From positions 1 through 43,680 of the forward strand of contig JAVECS010000020.1 of NCBI GenBank assembly GCA_051942165.1: a stretch of 43,680 nt of DNA, read 5' to 3'. Below are positions 25,720 to 36,367 of the stretch, in pieces. The stretch's first letter is position 1. Each line of letters starts with the position of its first letter. The translations under genes were made by a program, and so were the position numbers. Under the pieces are notes generated by a model that was not told the DNA's origin, made no database searches, and saw only the letters and a list, made by a program, of their open reading frames with translations. The DNA is from Circinaria calcarea (taxonomy: Eukaryota).

Positions 25720-27935
25720 GTTATTGATATCTACGAGCCAATTAGGAACGATGAGCTGTTGAATTCCTATAACCCTTTGTGTACGATGGCTTAGGGGGCT
25801 AATACGGATATGACACCTCCTACTAGTGCTGATGCAGTGCTCCGATACATCGCCAAATACTGCAGCAAGGCTGAAACGAAGTCGGCGATGTATGTTCCAT
25901 GCTGAAAAATGTGATGAGCCACGCTTCCGCCACTTATTCGCTCATATCGATTACCACTAAGCTTATGAATAGCCTCATTAGCGAATGGGATTGGTCAGCC
26001 CAAGAGATATGCCATTTGACGCTTGGCTTGCCCTTGCAAGATGGCTTTCGAACGACTATAGCATTGGACGCTCGGCTGCCAAACGAGCAAAGTGTTGGCT
26101 TCGAGGTCGAGAATGAAGAGGTTGTTACCCGGAAATCACCCATAGAACGCTATATGGGCCGGAATATACAGAAATGGCCACTGCTAAGTCTACGGGATAT
26201 GCTGCGGCACTTTGACTCGTCAAAATGAAACGCCGGCCACGAGCTGCGCCTCGAGTCGTCAATCTTTTCCCGCTCTACGATTCAAACCCTACCGGTGAGC
26301 AATACGAAGATTACTGCCGGCTAAAGCTTATGCTTCACCATCCTTTTACTAAGATTGAAGACCTACGCAGAGAATTCCGAGGTCCCAACAACCGTGTTAC
26401 AGATGTTGAGAGCTATTGGGAAGCTTATACGTTATGCAGAAACCATTGTACTATACACGGCCCTGACCCGCTGGACCCTATAGCCGAAAATAACCCTGAG
26501 GAGACGAATTCGAGGACCAATCGGATGTAGGAGAGATTCCTATGGAACGCCAGGCATGGGGGAGTTCGCCGGCAGTAGGGCGCCGAATGACGGTACAAGA
26601 ATAGAAGATCCGGACGATCTAGGGGGGCGTGATATGGACAGGGCTTTCAATTGGAATGCCAATGCCGCGGAGTACGAACAGTATGCAGCGCCGGAAGGGT
26701 TCCTGGCAACGGTCAAAATCGAGCAACTGCCAGATGAAGATATTCGAGTATTACTGTCGCCAGATATACTCCAGGCAGAGCAGCGGAAGACCTACGATGC
26801 TGTGATGAAGCAGTATGAAGATGAACTAGCTAAGCCACTGAACCGGCCACCTCCGCTGGCTCTGAATGGCGATGGGGTGGCCGGAACAGGTAAATCTTAT
26901 CTCATTGATCTACTTTCTCGACATTTATTGCGTAGGGCTATGGAAGCAGGCCTCCAGTCCCTGTAAAACGTTGTGCTCCTACCGGCGTTCCTGCATACAA
27001 TATTAAGGGTTGTATATTGCATTCTCCCTTGAAACTGCCTATTAGAAAGGAGTTTGACAAGCTGCAAGATAAACCCCTTGCAATTTTACAAGCCAGCCTA
27101 AAGCTTTGTTGATTTCTGATCATGGATGAAAAATCTATGATAAGTTTAACACAGTTGGCGTGGATTGATAAGCGGCTCCGGCAGATTTTCTCTGACTATC
27201 AAGATAAACTTTTTAAAGGTTTGAATATTATTCTATTCGGTGATTTCGCTCAATTGCCTCCTGTTTGTGAAACTTCGCTATACGAAGATAGGCCGCTCCT
27301 TCCAAGGCCTCTTCATTATGTTGGACGCCAAGCATATCATGCCTTTACGAAGTCTATTTCCCTTAAAAAGATAATGAGACAGCAGGGTAAAGACCCTACT
27401 AACGTACAATTTCGTCAAATGCTCCAACAGCTTCGAGATGGGCCCATCAGCGAGGAGAACTGGCGTCTACTACTTACGCAAGTTCAAAGATTCCTTGATG
27501 CAGAAGAGGTGGAATTATTCCGGGACTTTTTTCGGGTCTTTCCAACTAGGGCAGCTGTTATGGAACACAACACCGCTTGTCTCAAAGAGAGTGAGCGTTC
27601 CGTAATGGTCATCCGAGCAGAGCATACCCGGCCCGCAGCGAAATCAGCAACCACGGAAGAGGCCGAAAACCTACAGGCTGAAATTTAGGTAACGGTCGGG
27701 GCTAAGATCATGCTAGCACAGAACCTCTGGGTGGGAAGGGGCTTGGTAAACGGCTCCACCGGCGTGATTCATGATATCGTCTGGCATGAAGGATGCTTTT
27801 AACACCGTTCCGAGGATGCTACTAATCAAGTTCAAGGGGTATACAGGACCAGGGCTATTCGAACACGATGGAGTGCCGTCGTCTAGAAAGACTCTCCCGA
27901 TTGGTTTAGCATACGCGGTCACGGTGCATAAATGA
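25720..27935 (+). mobile_element. Helitron RepHel remnant (end of the HUH Rep domain plus PIF1 helicase)
   Basis: RNDELLNSYNP...*GANTD...LRYIAKYCSKAE, SAQEICH, KLMLHHPF, Walker [44 protein letters not shown]. Multiple stops and frameshifts; truncated at both ends. Confidence 0.88.
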
Positions 27936-28679
27936 TGGCGGTGGTAGTGTTGTTGTGTGGGGAAAAGGGAGAGGGCTTCCTGTGAGTCTTTAGTCCATAT
28001 TTTGGAAAAATGGGGGTATTCAGGGGAACCTGGTCGCTGTGGCTTAGTGTACCTTGCTGAGATAACCGTACCCACGGCCCTCCTTTGCGATTTCTTCTCC
28101 ACTCCAAGACTGTACCTCTCTATGCCCGTAGGAAATCCAGGCTGCCAGCGTATTCATCCAGCCCATTTATCCCGTACCCAGCCTTCTCCGCCTCCACCCC
28201 AGAGCCCCAGAGATAAGACTTCCGCGCTCACCCTCTCTATCCCTTCAACTAACCGCACCCTCCTTCCTGCAGCCGGAACTCCACACCCATCACTGCAGGA
28301 AGCACGTATACTCGACCCACACCTCCTCGACTTAAACCGTGGTGACCATAACTCCCCACTCGTCACGCGTTTCCCAAACCATCAGCTCGGACGCGTGGAG
28401 TAGAGAAGGAATATAAGGAAGAACAGCTGGTCTGCGTCCACATCTCGAGGGTAGTAATGGTGGTTTCTCGGCGGAGATGGTAGGAGAGCATTGTGAAACA
28501 CAAGATAAATACCAGCGGGGGTTTTTTTTTCGGTTCTGAGAACTTGGGATGGAGAGATGTTCCGGTTCGAGGGCCAGAATGAAAAAGCCGCGGCCTTTTA
28601 TTCTTGTTTCGAGGAACGGACTTGGAGATAGCAGATGGAAATGTATATGATATATATAGCATTGTTTGTCGGTTGAGGA

Positions 28680-28681
<2 letters not shown>

Positions 28682-28710
<29 letters not shown>
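28682..28710. repeat. (CT)n microsatellite
   Basis: About 14 perfect CT units. Confidence 0.95.
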
Positions 28711-28715
<5 letters not shown>

Positions 28716-30196
28716 TCCTACATCCCCACAGCTTATCCCTCGCATCCGCCTTCCCATTTAACGCCAGCCAAAAAGACCAATCAAACCAAGCCAACACTGC
28801 ACCTTCTCCAATATCCTCAATTCCTTCTCCCCCCTTTCTCCCATTCTCTCCCCTCTCCACGTCAGCCCCGCCTCCTACGTTCCGATAACAACACATACAC
28901 GCACTCGGTACTAGCATTAAACCGTCGATATTCAGATCCCCCCAACCCAAACGCTGTATCTCACGTTCTTCCTTCTAGACGCCACATCTAAATCCGTGGT
29001 TTCGCACCAGGAAAGTAAGATACGGACGTGGGCAGGTTCTTTCTCAGTTTGCGCGGTCGTCTTCGCTGAGGTTTTGGGAGGAAGTTTTTAGGCATGAGGG
29101 AAGGGGGAGCGGTCTGGTCTGGGTGGTGAGGGAGGGGTTGCTGAGAGGGTCTCATAGGTGATAGTAGGCGGAGTTGGTGGTTGTGGTCTAGGAAATGTCA
29201 TGTGAGCGATTTTGGTCTTTTGCACTGCAATACGCAGAATAAAGGGGGCACCCGTATCATATGTGCAGCGGCGTAAGATTGTGGTATTTCTGTCTCGGGT
29301 AGAATCGTAAGCATTTTGTATGCCTGTCCGTTTCCAGAATAGCAAACCACACCACCTTTACTCCATTTGCTATATCCAGGCCTATAGCGAGATATGAATG
29401 CTCCAGGGCGCTTGACATGGTTAATCAACCATGTCGCCAGTGGGTGCCTCCTATAGGCTTACGCTCTTACACTTACACCCTCAATGTCTCCCTCAAGCCT
29501 ACTTCAACCCCTCTATACCACCTCTCTGTCAATTCCAGCTCATCCCCTACCCCAGTCTCCGCCTCTTCTTTTCTCCTCCGTGCTTCCTTCGCCTTTGAAA
29601 TAGTCGTTGTTTTCTGCACATCTAGCGGCGTTAACTCGTTCTGCAGTCCGCTCCAATTCCCTGTTCTTGCGGGGCAAGCCTTGCTGAAGGTTCTTGAGTG
29701 GGTGACTGAGGATGCCTAGTTCGTTTTGCAGCGATGAGAGGAGGTCGAGAATCGCGGGGAGGGAAAGAAGAAAAAGTGAGATCGGTTGAAAGGGCGTTTT
29801 ACTGGGCGCGGAGGGTGGTGATTGTGAATTCGAGGGCCGAAATTGTGGAGGGAAGGGTGGAGAGCTGGGTTGTTTGGAGGGAGATGGTCTCATCTCCTAA
29901 GTATGACTGGTGAGTTGAGACTGACGACGACTTCGCCATTCATAGCCGTGAAATTACGAACGTTTGCTCACCCCTCGACCTCGGTCTTCCAATTCCATGT
30001 CTTCCTTCGAGAACGTGGGAAACGCTACTTTGGCCACGAACGATAGCACTTGAAAAAAGATTCTCCCTTTTTCAATTATTAAATATCCACACGAGAGCCT
30101 GTATTCTTACACTAGTAACCTCTGGTTGAGCAGGGATACCGTGTTTTATATTGGTGGCTGGGGGATATTCTGGTGGCTGGCACGCTGGGTGAAAAC

Positions 30197-30350
30197 CGAC
30201 ATCGCCGAACCAGCCAAAAAAAAGTGAATGTAATGATTGGGGCGCTTGGAGAAGGTAGCGGGGAAACAGCGTTAATTGGGCGCACTATTTGCTCCATATC
30301 TCAGCGATCCCGAGCATTCTTTTCCACACGTTACACACAGTTTCCATTTC
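30197..30350 (-). repeat. Non-coding module B, copy 2 (inverted relative to 735-893)
   Basis: The reverse complement reads ctcgggatcgctgagatatggagcaaatagtgcgcccaattaacgctgtttccccgctaccttctcc...ttggctggttcggc. Confidence 0.85.
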
Positions 30351-30494
30351 TTCTTTTGCTGCCTACTCTCTACACGGATAGTGTTCTATAGTATTACAGT
30401 AGCCTTTATCATACATTTCGGTATAGACCGTCGACCCCATTGAAGACAGTAGCGCCCTCCCTGTAATGCACCTCCTTTCTAGGGATAGAGTCAC

Positions 30495-30790
30495 TCCGGT
30501 ATGCACGATTACTAGAAACGTAATATTGGTTTACTGTTATCCCATGTATTGGGTCTATGAGCATGCTATTCTAAAGAGCGGAATAGCCTGCCTATATAAT
30601 AGTGTTGCTTAGGTGGCTTAAATCCTTCAACCCCCAATCCGTCTAATCTTTCTGAGCATAAAACCCCCATGCCCAGGTGGTTATTATGCCAAGGCCTCTG
30701 ATCACCCTGAGCACCGGAGGAACCGTCCTCCGAGTCTCCCGAGGTTACACACTTTAGTACGGCCTAGTGCCATAACACCGGCTACCAGAG
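30495..30790. repeat. Non-coding module A, copy 1 (diverged)
   Basis: Shares acgtaatat, gggtctat(g/a)agcatgctattctaaaga and tgccaag(g/a)cctctga(t/g)caccctgagc with 34283-34653, in direct orientation. Confidence 0.8.
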
Positions 30791-30898
30791 CTTAGTATTG
30801 CTGCTGGGCCTGAGTCATAGGCTAGCTGTCAGGTAACCGAATAAGCTGGCTTTAGGCCCAATGTAATACGGTCCGCGAGGCCTCGATTGGTGGCTCGA

Positions 30899-31053
30899 TG
30901 TCAAGCTATGGCGTCACTATGAGTGAGAGAATGACTTATTCTACTACTGTGTGTGTGTTCGCTGGCGTGTATAACTACAGCAGAAGAATCTATCTATATA
31001 TGCGGGTGCTCGAATAACCGTGCACCCGAGGTGCTAATTTAAAAGGTTTGACA
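30899..31053 (+). repeat. Solo LTR (older copy, no matching TSD)
   Basis: TGTCAAGCTATGGCGTCACTA...AAAAGGTTTGACA. Same family as 31216-31399, opposite orientation. Confidence 0.8.
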
Positions 31054-31123
31054 CGTGTTACAGCTGCTATGTCAGGTCTGCAGTAACCTCTGATTAGAGA
31101 AGAGTAAGACCTCACGCACCAGC

Positions 31124-33765
31124 CTATCCTTCGGCAGCTTTAATATCATCAATAGCCTTATCAAACGCTTTTATAACCGGCCCGTAAAGAATCTCCGGTT
31201 CCTTCGGTGTCCCTATGTCAAACCTTTTAGGATCGCTCCTCGGGCGTATATTCTTCCGACGCCCACACACACATACTTAAGCAGATTCCTCTGCGCGTTA
31301 CACACGCACAGAGCATAGCAGACCATACATACACGGTTGCACCAGAAGTTATTCTCTCACTAATTAATCGATGCCTCGTAGTGACGCCGTAGCTTGACAC
31401 CCTACAAATAGAACGTTGAGCACACTGTATGGAAACAAAATCCCTCGTAATTCTTTGCAGAACGACTTCAAACAATCGAAATGCGGTGCGAACTCATCTA
31501 GAATATCTTCAAATCCATCAACGTGCATATGCCCGCGTTTGGCGCTGGCGATTTCTCGATAGCTGTCAGTATACCACTTCGTTAGCAAACTCATTTTCGG
31601 CCACTTCTCCACCCAGCCACGGCGGGCACACTGCCAGATAAGTACGTAAAAGAACGATTCGAGATCATGGCGATAGGTGTGGGAGATCCCAAGCAGCACC
31701 TCAATCGCCATGAACTCCATCGTGCCTGTACGACAGCGTGCGCCGCTGTGCCCGCTGCCGAGCTCCTTGGCAAGATCCAGGTCGATCAGCATCCCCATGA
31801 CGCCAGTCTTTTGCGGGTCGGTTATAATGATGTTGTTCTCGGAAATGTCCCGATGCAGAATGTTGCCTTTGAGGTATAGAGACCTGTGGGCCTTAATGGC
31901 GTCTCGGAGTGCCCCTAGGAGTTCGGAAATCTTCTCGTACTTGTAGATCGCCTGACCAGCGGGGGAAATCACAAGACACCGGAAAATGCGGTTGTCATAT
32001 GAGCCATTGTTAGGATTGAGCAGACTGGTGGTCCCCTGGGCAGTCTCCACCTCATACGTAATCCCATCCTGTGGTTGGCTCGACCTCCGACTATTGGATC
32101 TAGGTTGTTTGGACGGTTTCCAACCAAAATCGCTGGGCTTGCGCTTTTTTGACGGCTTGTCGGCGATGTTGAGGTTATGGCTGAGTGATCGAGAAAGGAA
32201 GCCAGTGGGTTGAGACTGGGAGAGAGAGCGCGAAATTGATGAGGCGGCGCTTGGAGCATTTCGGAATGAGTAAGAATTATTAAACTTCAGGCCGGAGCGC
32301 ATCTCATCGACACTGGTGATGTCACGATGACCGATCAACTTGGCAATGCCCTCGACTCCTCTCTCGTGGGCTAATCTGAGAAGGTCTGCCTCTGGCTTTC
32401 GCTTGTCGGATGTCCACGAAAACTTGGCGACATAATTCCAATCCGCAGGCTCTGACGGCTTCGTGAGATAGCATGACGTCCCACGGCAGACGATTGCCCG
32501 CTGACGGGTGATAGGATTCGAGTTAAGTTGCAGCCTCTTCCTCCCTCCCGACCTATCTTGCTCAATATATATGAAGCGATCGTCGCCATTCTGCTCCGTA
32601 TATGTGTCCAAGCCCAGTTCCTCCTCATTCATCATGGTGTAGCCGGCGATCACCTGTATGAATAGTTCGGGCTCCTTATAAATATCGAACGATTTAGGGC
32701 TGTAACATCCTGAACGGTCAAACACCCAAATCTCCATTTGGTGTCCGCAGATTGTAAACGCGTGAACATATCGCCGTGTCGGTTGACAGGAGAAGACATC
32801 CCGCACGTATCGGCCAATCTGGAGAAGCGTCCCCTTTCTCTCTTTGTTGAACGCCTTGAGCTCGCCGATCACTTCAACGTTTTTCCAGTCGTGCGCCGCA
32901 TCCGGTGGCTGCCCATCTTTCCGCTTGATGAAGAGATCGATTTGCCGCTGGGCTTCGGCACCAACAAGATCCTTCGGGCTTGTGGTGGAATAGTAGCGGC
33001 GTTGTTCGTCCGAGAGGAAGTCGTTCTGGAACTTGAACCACCAGTCCAGGACTTTAGCCTGCACAGGAGGGTCGGGAAAACCGGTCAACACGTTATCGAT
33101 ATGTTGATTTTTCATCGCCTTAATAACATCCAGCGCACGATGTGTCCAGTCTTTCCCTTCAAAGTATTTCTCGAAGAATCCTTCCACATCGCGATATGTG
33201 CAGTCTTTAATCTCCTCAAATACCTTTTGTTCCACCAATTTACGCGTTTGTTCATCACCTTGCTGAGACGCCGAGGAATGGATAATAGGTGTGCTATCAT
33301 ACATGGCTGGGACACTCGCAGGCGGTGTTGTCGGTCGAGGGGTTGACGCAGCGACGGCATGATAAACCTTATTCCAGATAATCTCATCGCATTCGTTATT
33401 GAGTACTGCCTTCAGTAGAGATTTGATACTCTCACGTTAAAGTTGTTGGAGGTAACCGCCAAACTTAGCTCCGATAGATCGACAAGGAGATTTATATTGC
33501 CGGCTTGAGAAGGTAGCGATCGAGTTGTGGTGAGGCTTTGTAGAGCGTATATGAGGTCAAGCATAAGATCCTGTAGCCCTGGTGAAGTTAGTTGGAATCT
33601 GGTGATACGTGAGTGTCTAATACCTTCATCACTGATATGGTGCAATGTAGCTAAGTTTGAGGTACCCAGACCCTTACAAGTTGAATTGAAAGTGTCTCGA
33701 AAGGCGTTTAGACCTTGCCCGATGGGTTTGGTCTTTATTATCTCTGATTTGGATCGATCCGCCAT
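31124..33765 (-). pseudogene. FunK1/Sgk2-type fungal protein kinase with an N-terminal PD-(D/E)xK-like region; disrupted
   Basis: ATG at 33765 (MADRSKSEII..PIGQGL), intron 33623-33579, frameshift near 33435. Motifs IDLF...VIGELK, QPTRRYVHAF, FDRSG, RGT, VAKFSW, LHRDISENNI, LIDLDLA, TGTMEFMAIEVL, RHDLESFFYV. The C-terminus TPKEPEILYGPVIKAFDKAI lies beyond the LTR insertion; stop at 31124. Confidence 0.92.
31216..31399 (-). mobile_element. Solo LTR, 184 bp, with a 5-bp target-site duplication, inside the kinase CDS
   Basis: TGTCAA...TTGACA ends flanked by CCCTA at 31211-31215 and 31400-31404. Removing it restores LFVGTPKEPEILY. Confidence 0.93.
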
Positions 33766-34169
33766 GGCGAGAAATGCGCGGCAGACGTAGTCCTGAGACA
33801 ATCAACCTGAAAGTCTCTCTGTAGGGCAGAGCGATTAGCATAGCCTTGAATATTGTAGCGAGGCTACAGAGAGATATACATACATCCAGGGCGTTAGAAC
33901 GAAGATAAAAAGAAGCTGTGAAGCACGAAGAATGAAGGAGTTGGCATGCCGTGACACAAAAAGGCCAAGCCTCAGCCTAAGTTAGCGATCGGCTTAGCTT
34001 TTAGCCGAAGTCCGGTGCAGCAGATCAGAAGTCTTGGCTTCTTTCTAAATAACGACGATTTCCGGTCTTGACTATAGAAACACCCCATCCGACAATTGAG
34101 ACACCCTATTTTATTATTAAAAAGAATCAGACAGGGTACTGAAACCGCATATCATGCTTTACAGCGTTC

Positions 34170-34230
34170 GAGCGGGGAATATCACCAGAATTAGGTTTAA
34201 ATCCTATTAGCGCTTGCTTTTTGGCGGCGT
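34170..34230. repeat. Non-coding module C, copy 2
   Basis: ggggaatatcaccagaattaggtttaaatcctattagcgcttgctttttggc matches both halves of 1005-1110. Confidence 0.75.
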
Positions 34231-34282
34231 GTAAGAGCGCTGCGATCCTTGGGGCACAATGAGGAGCATGGTATGTCCCCAT

Positions 34283-34653
34283 CGGTACTAGCACGTCTTA
34301 CATAGAACGTAATATAGCTATTGTTGCTCGAGGCTCAATACCTCCGAATAGTATTGAACACGGTAATTGGGGTCTATAAGCATGCTATTCTAAAGAACGA
34401 GGAACAGCCCGCTTATATACATGGTTTGCTCGGGTGGCTCTCACGGCCAAGCTCTCTGAGCATCCTGAGCCAAACCTCATTGCTCAGATGGCTCTTGCTG
34501 CCAAGACCTCTGAGCACCCTGAGCGCCGTATGCTCAGGTGGTTCTGATGCCAAGCTCTCTGAGCATTCTGAGCATCAGCGGTGTAGTTCCCCCGCCTCCG
34601 GTATTACATGTCAGTACTACCATATGGCGTAGCGCCATAGCATATACCAAAGC
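34283..34653. repeat. Non-coding module A, copy 2, with three tandem palindromic units
   Basis: Units at about 34423, 34481 and 34531 with consensus GCTCAGGTGGCTC-N16/17-GAGCAYYCTGAGC. Flanks are homologous to 30495-30790. Confidence 0.85.
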
Positions 34654-34656
34654 CAC

Positions 34657-34811
34657 TCTATCGTGCCGGTACGACAGCGTGCGTCGTTACGCCCACTGTT
34701 GAGATCCTTGGTAAGGTTCAAGTCAATCAATATGCCCCTGAAACCATCCGTCTTGGGGAAGTGACGATGATGATGTTCTCCGATATGTCTCGGTGCAGGA
34801 CATTTCCATGT
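34657..34811 (-). pseudogene. Fragment of a second FunK1-type kinase
   Basis: HGNVLHRDISENIII / GFRGILIDLNLTKDLNSGRNDARCRTGTIE, paralogous to 31725-31870. Confidence 0.85.
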
Positions 34812-35548
34812 GAAAACCATACTTCTCGCATAAGCGCAGCGCATTTGGAGGATTCGTGTACACACCTCAAGACGTCCTTGGCCCGGTTCTAACGTGCTCA
34901 TAATGGCTAGATTAGCACTTCTTTCCTTATTTGAATTTCTTCTTAAATGCCTAATATCCAGTGCATCTGCAAATGTGGGTTGCATGGACACCATGGTGTT
35001 TTTAGTATCAATTGACAATGTCTTCTCAAAGTGTCTTCATATAAATTGCAAACTATCGAGCTCTTCAATAATGGTGTTTCTGCCTTAAGGAGGGTCCAAA
35101 GCGTTGTTGAGGTCCAGAGCTTCGCAGAGATGCTTACCAACATGATAAGATATCCAGAACTGGGAGCAGAGTACTCCTCCGACAATAGTCAGCTTTTAAT
35201 CCATAGTGTAAAATATCGTCGGAGAAAATCAAGTAAGGCACGTAAATCATTAGAACCCTTGCCTGCTACCAACAAGATCTGTGTTGCATTGAGCCAGCAG
35301 TCGGATCTTCGCATTTGTACGGTGGTCCTTTCGGGATCATCTTAACATACCCAGGGGATCTTCTTCAAGACCGGGCGCGTCTGCGGTATTGAATCTCATC
35401 ATGCATTGGCGCTTTGGTGCGATTTGAGCGCCTTCATATAAGGAGGATACGAGTTCCGGTTGTTTATTCAGTTCTGAAGTGTTTTAATAATCCGCGCGAG
35501 GATACAAAGTTTCTGTTGGCTTATTGGGATTCATAATTTGCTCCTCCA
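34812..35548 (-). pseudogene. Degenerate protein with two tandem KilA-N/APSES-like domains
   Basis: VQMRRSDCWLNATQILLVAG (from about 35320), then IVGG...FWISYHVGKHLCEALDLNNALDP. A second repeat ends GPRTS*GVYT...LRLCEKYGF. Compare Mbp1/Swi4 VMRRxxDxWxNATQILKVAG...QGTW. Confidence 0.72.
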
Positions 35549-35664
35549 TGAGTTGGCTTCACTGCATGTATTTTTAGGCCTTCTTGACGCATCTCGCTTG
35601 AAAGACTGTCAGTATCAGATCCAACTACCGGTCGCTCCCGTTCACTCAACTTCCGTAACCTCGC

Positions 35665-35942
35665 CTCCATAAGAACATAGCCATCTCGTCCTCGAATAGC
35701 TCTGGCTTCTCGATTAAATGTACGCAGAGGCCTTGTAATATAGAAGGTGTTATACTTCGCGGTCGTCCGACGCCGTTGAAGGGAGCTCTAGTAGTGCCAA
35801 AGTATCGTAGGTTGGAGTGGATATGTCGGACAGGACGCTTACTGCAGCCTGCAACGTCAGCTATCTGGGCAGTGATCAGTGAGGTACTGAGCATTATATC
35901 ACGCATAAGATAATGCTGGGACGCGGCGAGATCCGGTGCGAT
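35665..35942 (-). mobile_element. Tc1/mariner-type transposase N-terminal (HTH) fragment
   Basis: APDLAASQH...IADVAGCSKR...SNLRYFGTTRAP..GVGRPRSITP...KPELFEDEMAMFLW, typical of fungal DDE_3 transposases. The start codon reads ATC and the catalytic domain is absent. Confidence 0.8.
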
Positions 35943-36012
35943 TGTGACGGTTCTGTAGTTAGAAAATGCTGTGGGAGATGCGATTAAGCTTCGCTCCTCA
36001 AAATTGGTCTTA

Positions 36013-36142
36013 GACGTATTTACTAGCATTCTGACCAATCGGCCATTCTGACCACCCGGCCCGGGCTTAGTGGGTGCTTAGTGGGTGCCTCCTAATGCTC
36101 GGGCCGGGTGGTCAGAATGGTCAGAATGCTAGTAAATACGTC
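36013..36142. mobile_element. MITE (pogo/Fot1-like ends), 130 bp, almost fully palindromic
   Basis: TA-GACGTATTTACTAGCATTCTGACCA...TGGTCAGAATGCTAGTAAATACGTC-TA, plus the inner inverted repeat ATTCTGACCACCCGGCCCG. Confidence 0.88.
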
Positions 36143-36367
36143 TAAGCCTTAGCCCGGCCTGATTTTGCCAGCAGTGGCAGCGGTAACGCGAAACCCGTTG
36201 ATTGGCGAGTCTCGCGGGGTTTATTCGCCCAGCTAGGACGAACCTCATTCGGGTGTAGATAAGGACGCAATTTTGAGCATTCGCTGGAGCCCATACATGG
36301 TAATATGGGCCGTGAGCGGGCAACAGCTGGCATCGAGGACCCTTCGTAATGTCGCTATCGTAATCCC

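Noticed and set aside
27940..30050. Overlapping Pro/Ser- or Gly-rich ORFs
   Set aside because: Low-complexity purine/pyrimidine-skewed sequence with no recognisable domain.
34423..34574. CRISPR-like array
   Set aside because: Only three degenerate units with linkers of about 10 bp or less, no spacer-sized unique sequence, no cas genes, and a eukaryotic context.
34812..35548. HeLo/HeLL effector partner divergent from the NLR
   Set aside because: Translation shows KilA-N-like motifs, with no HeLo domain and no doubled C-terminal amyloid repeat.
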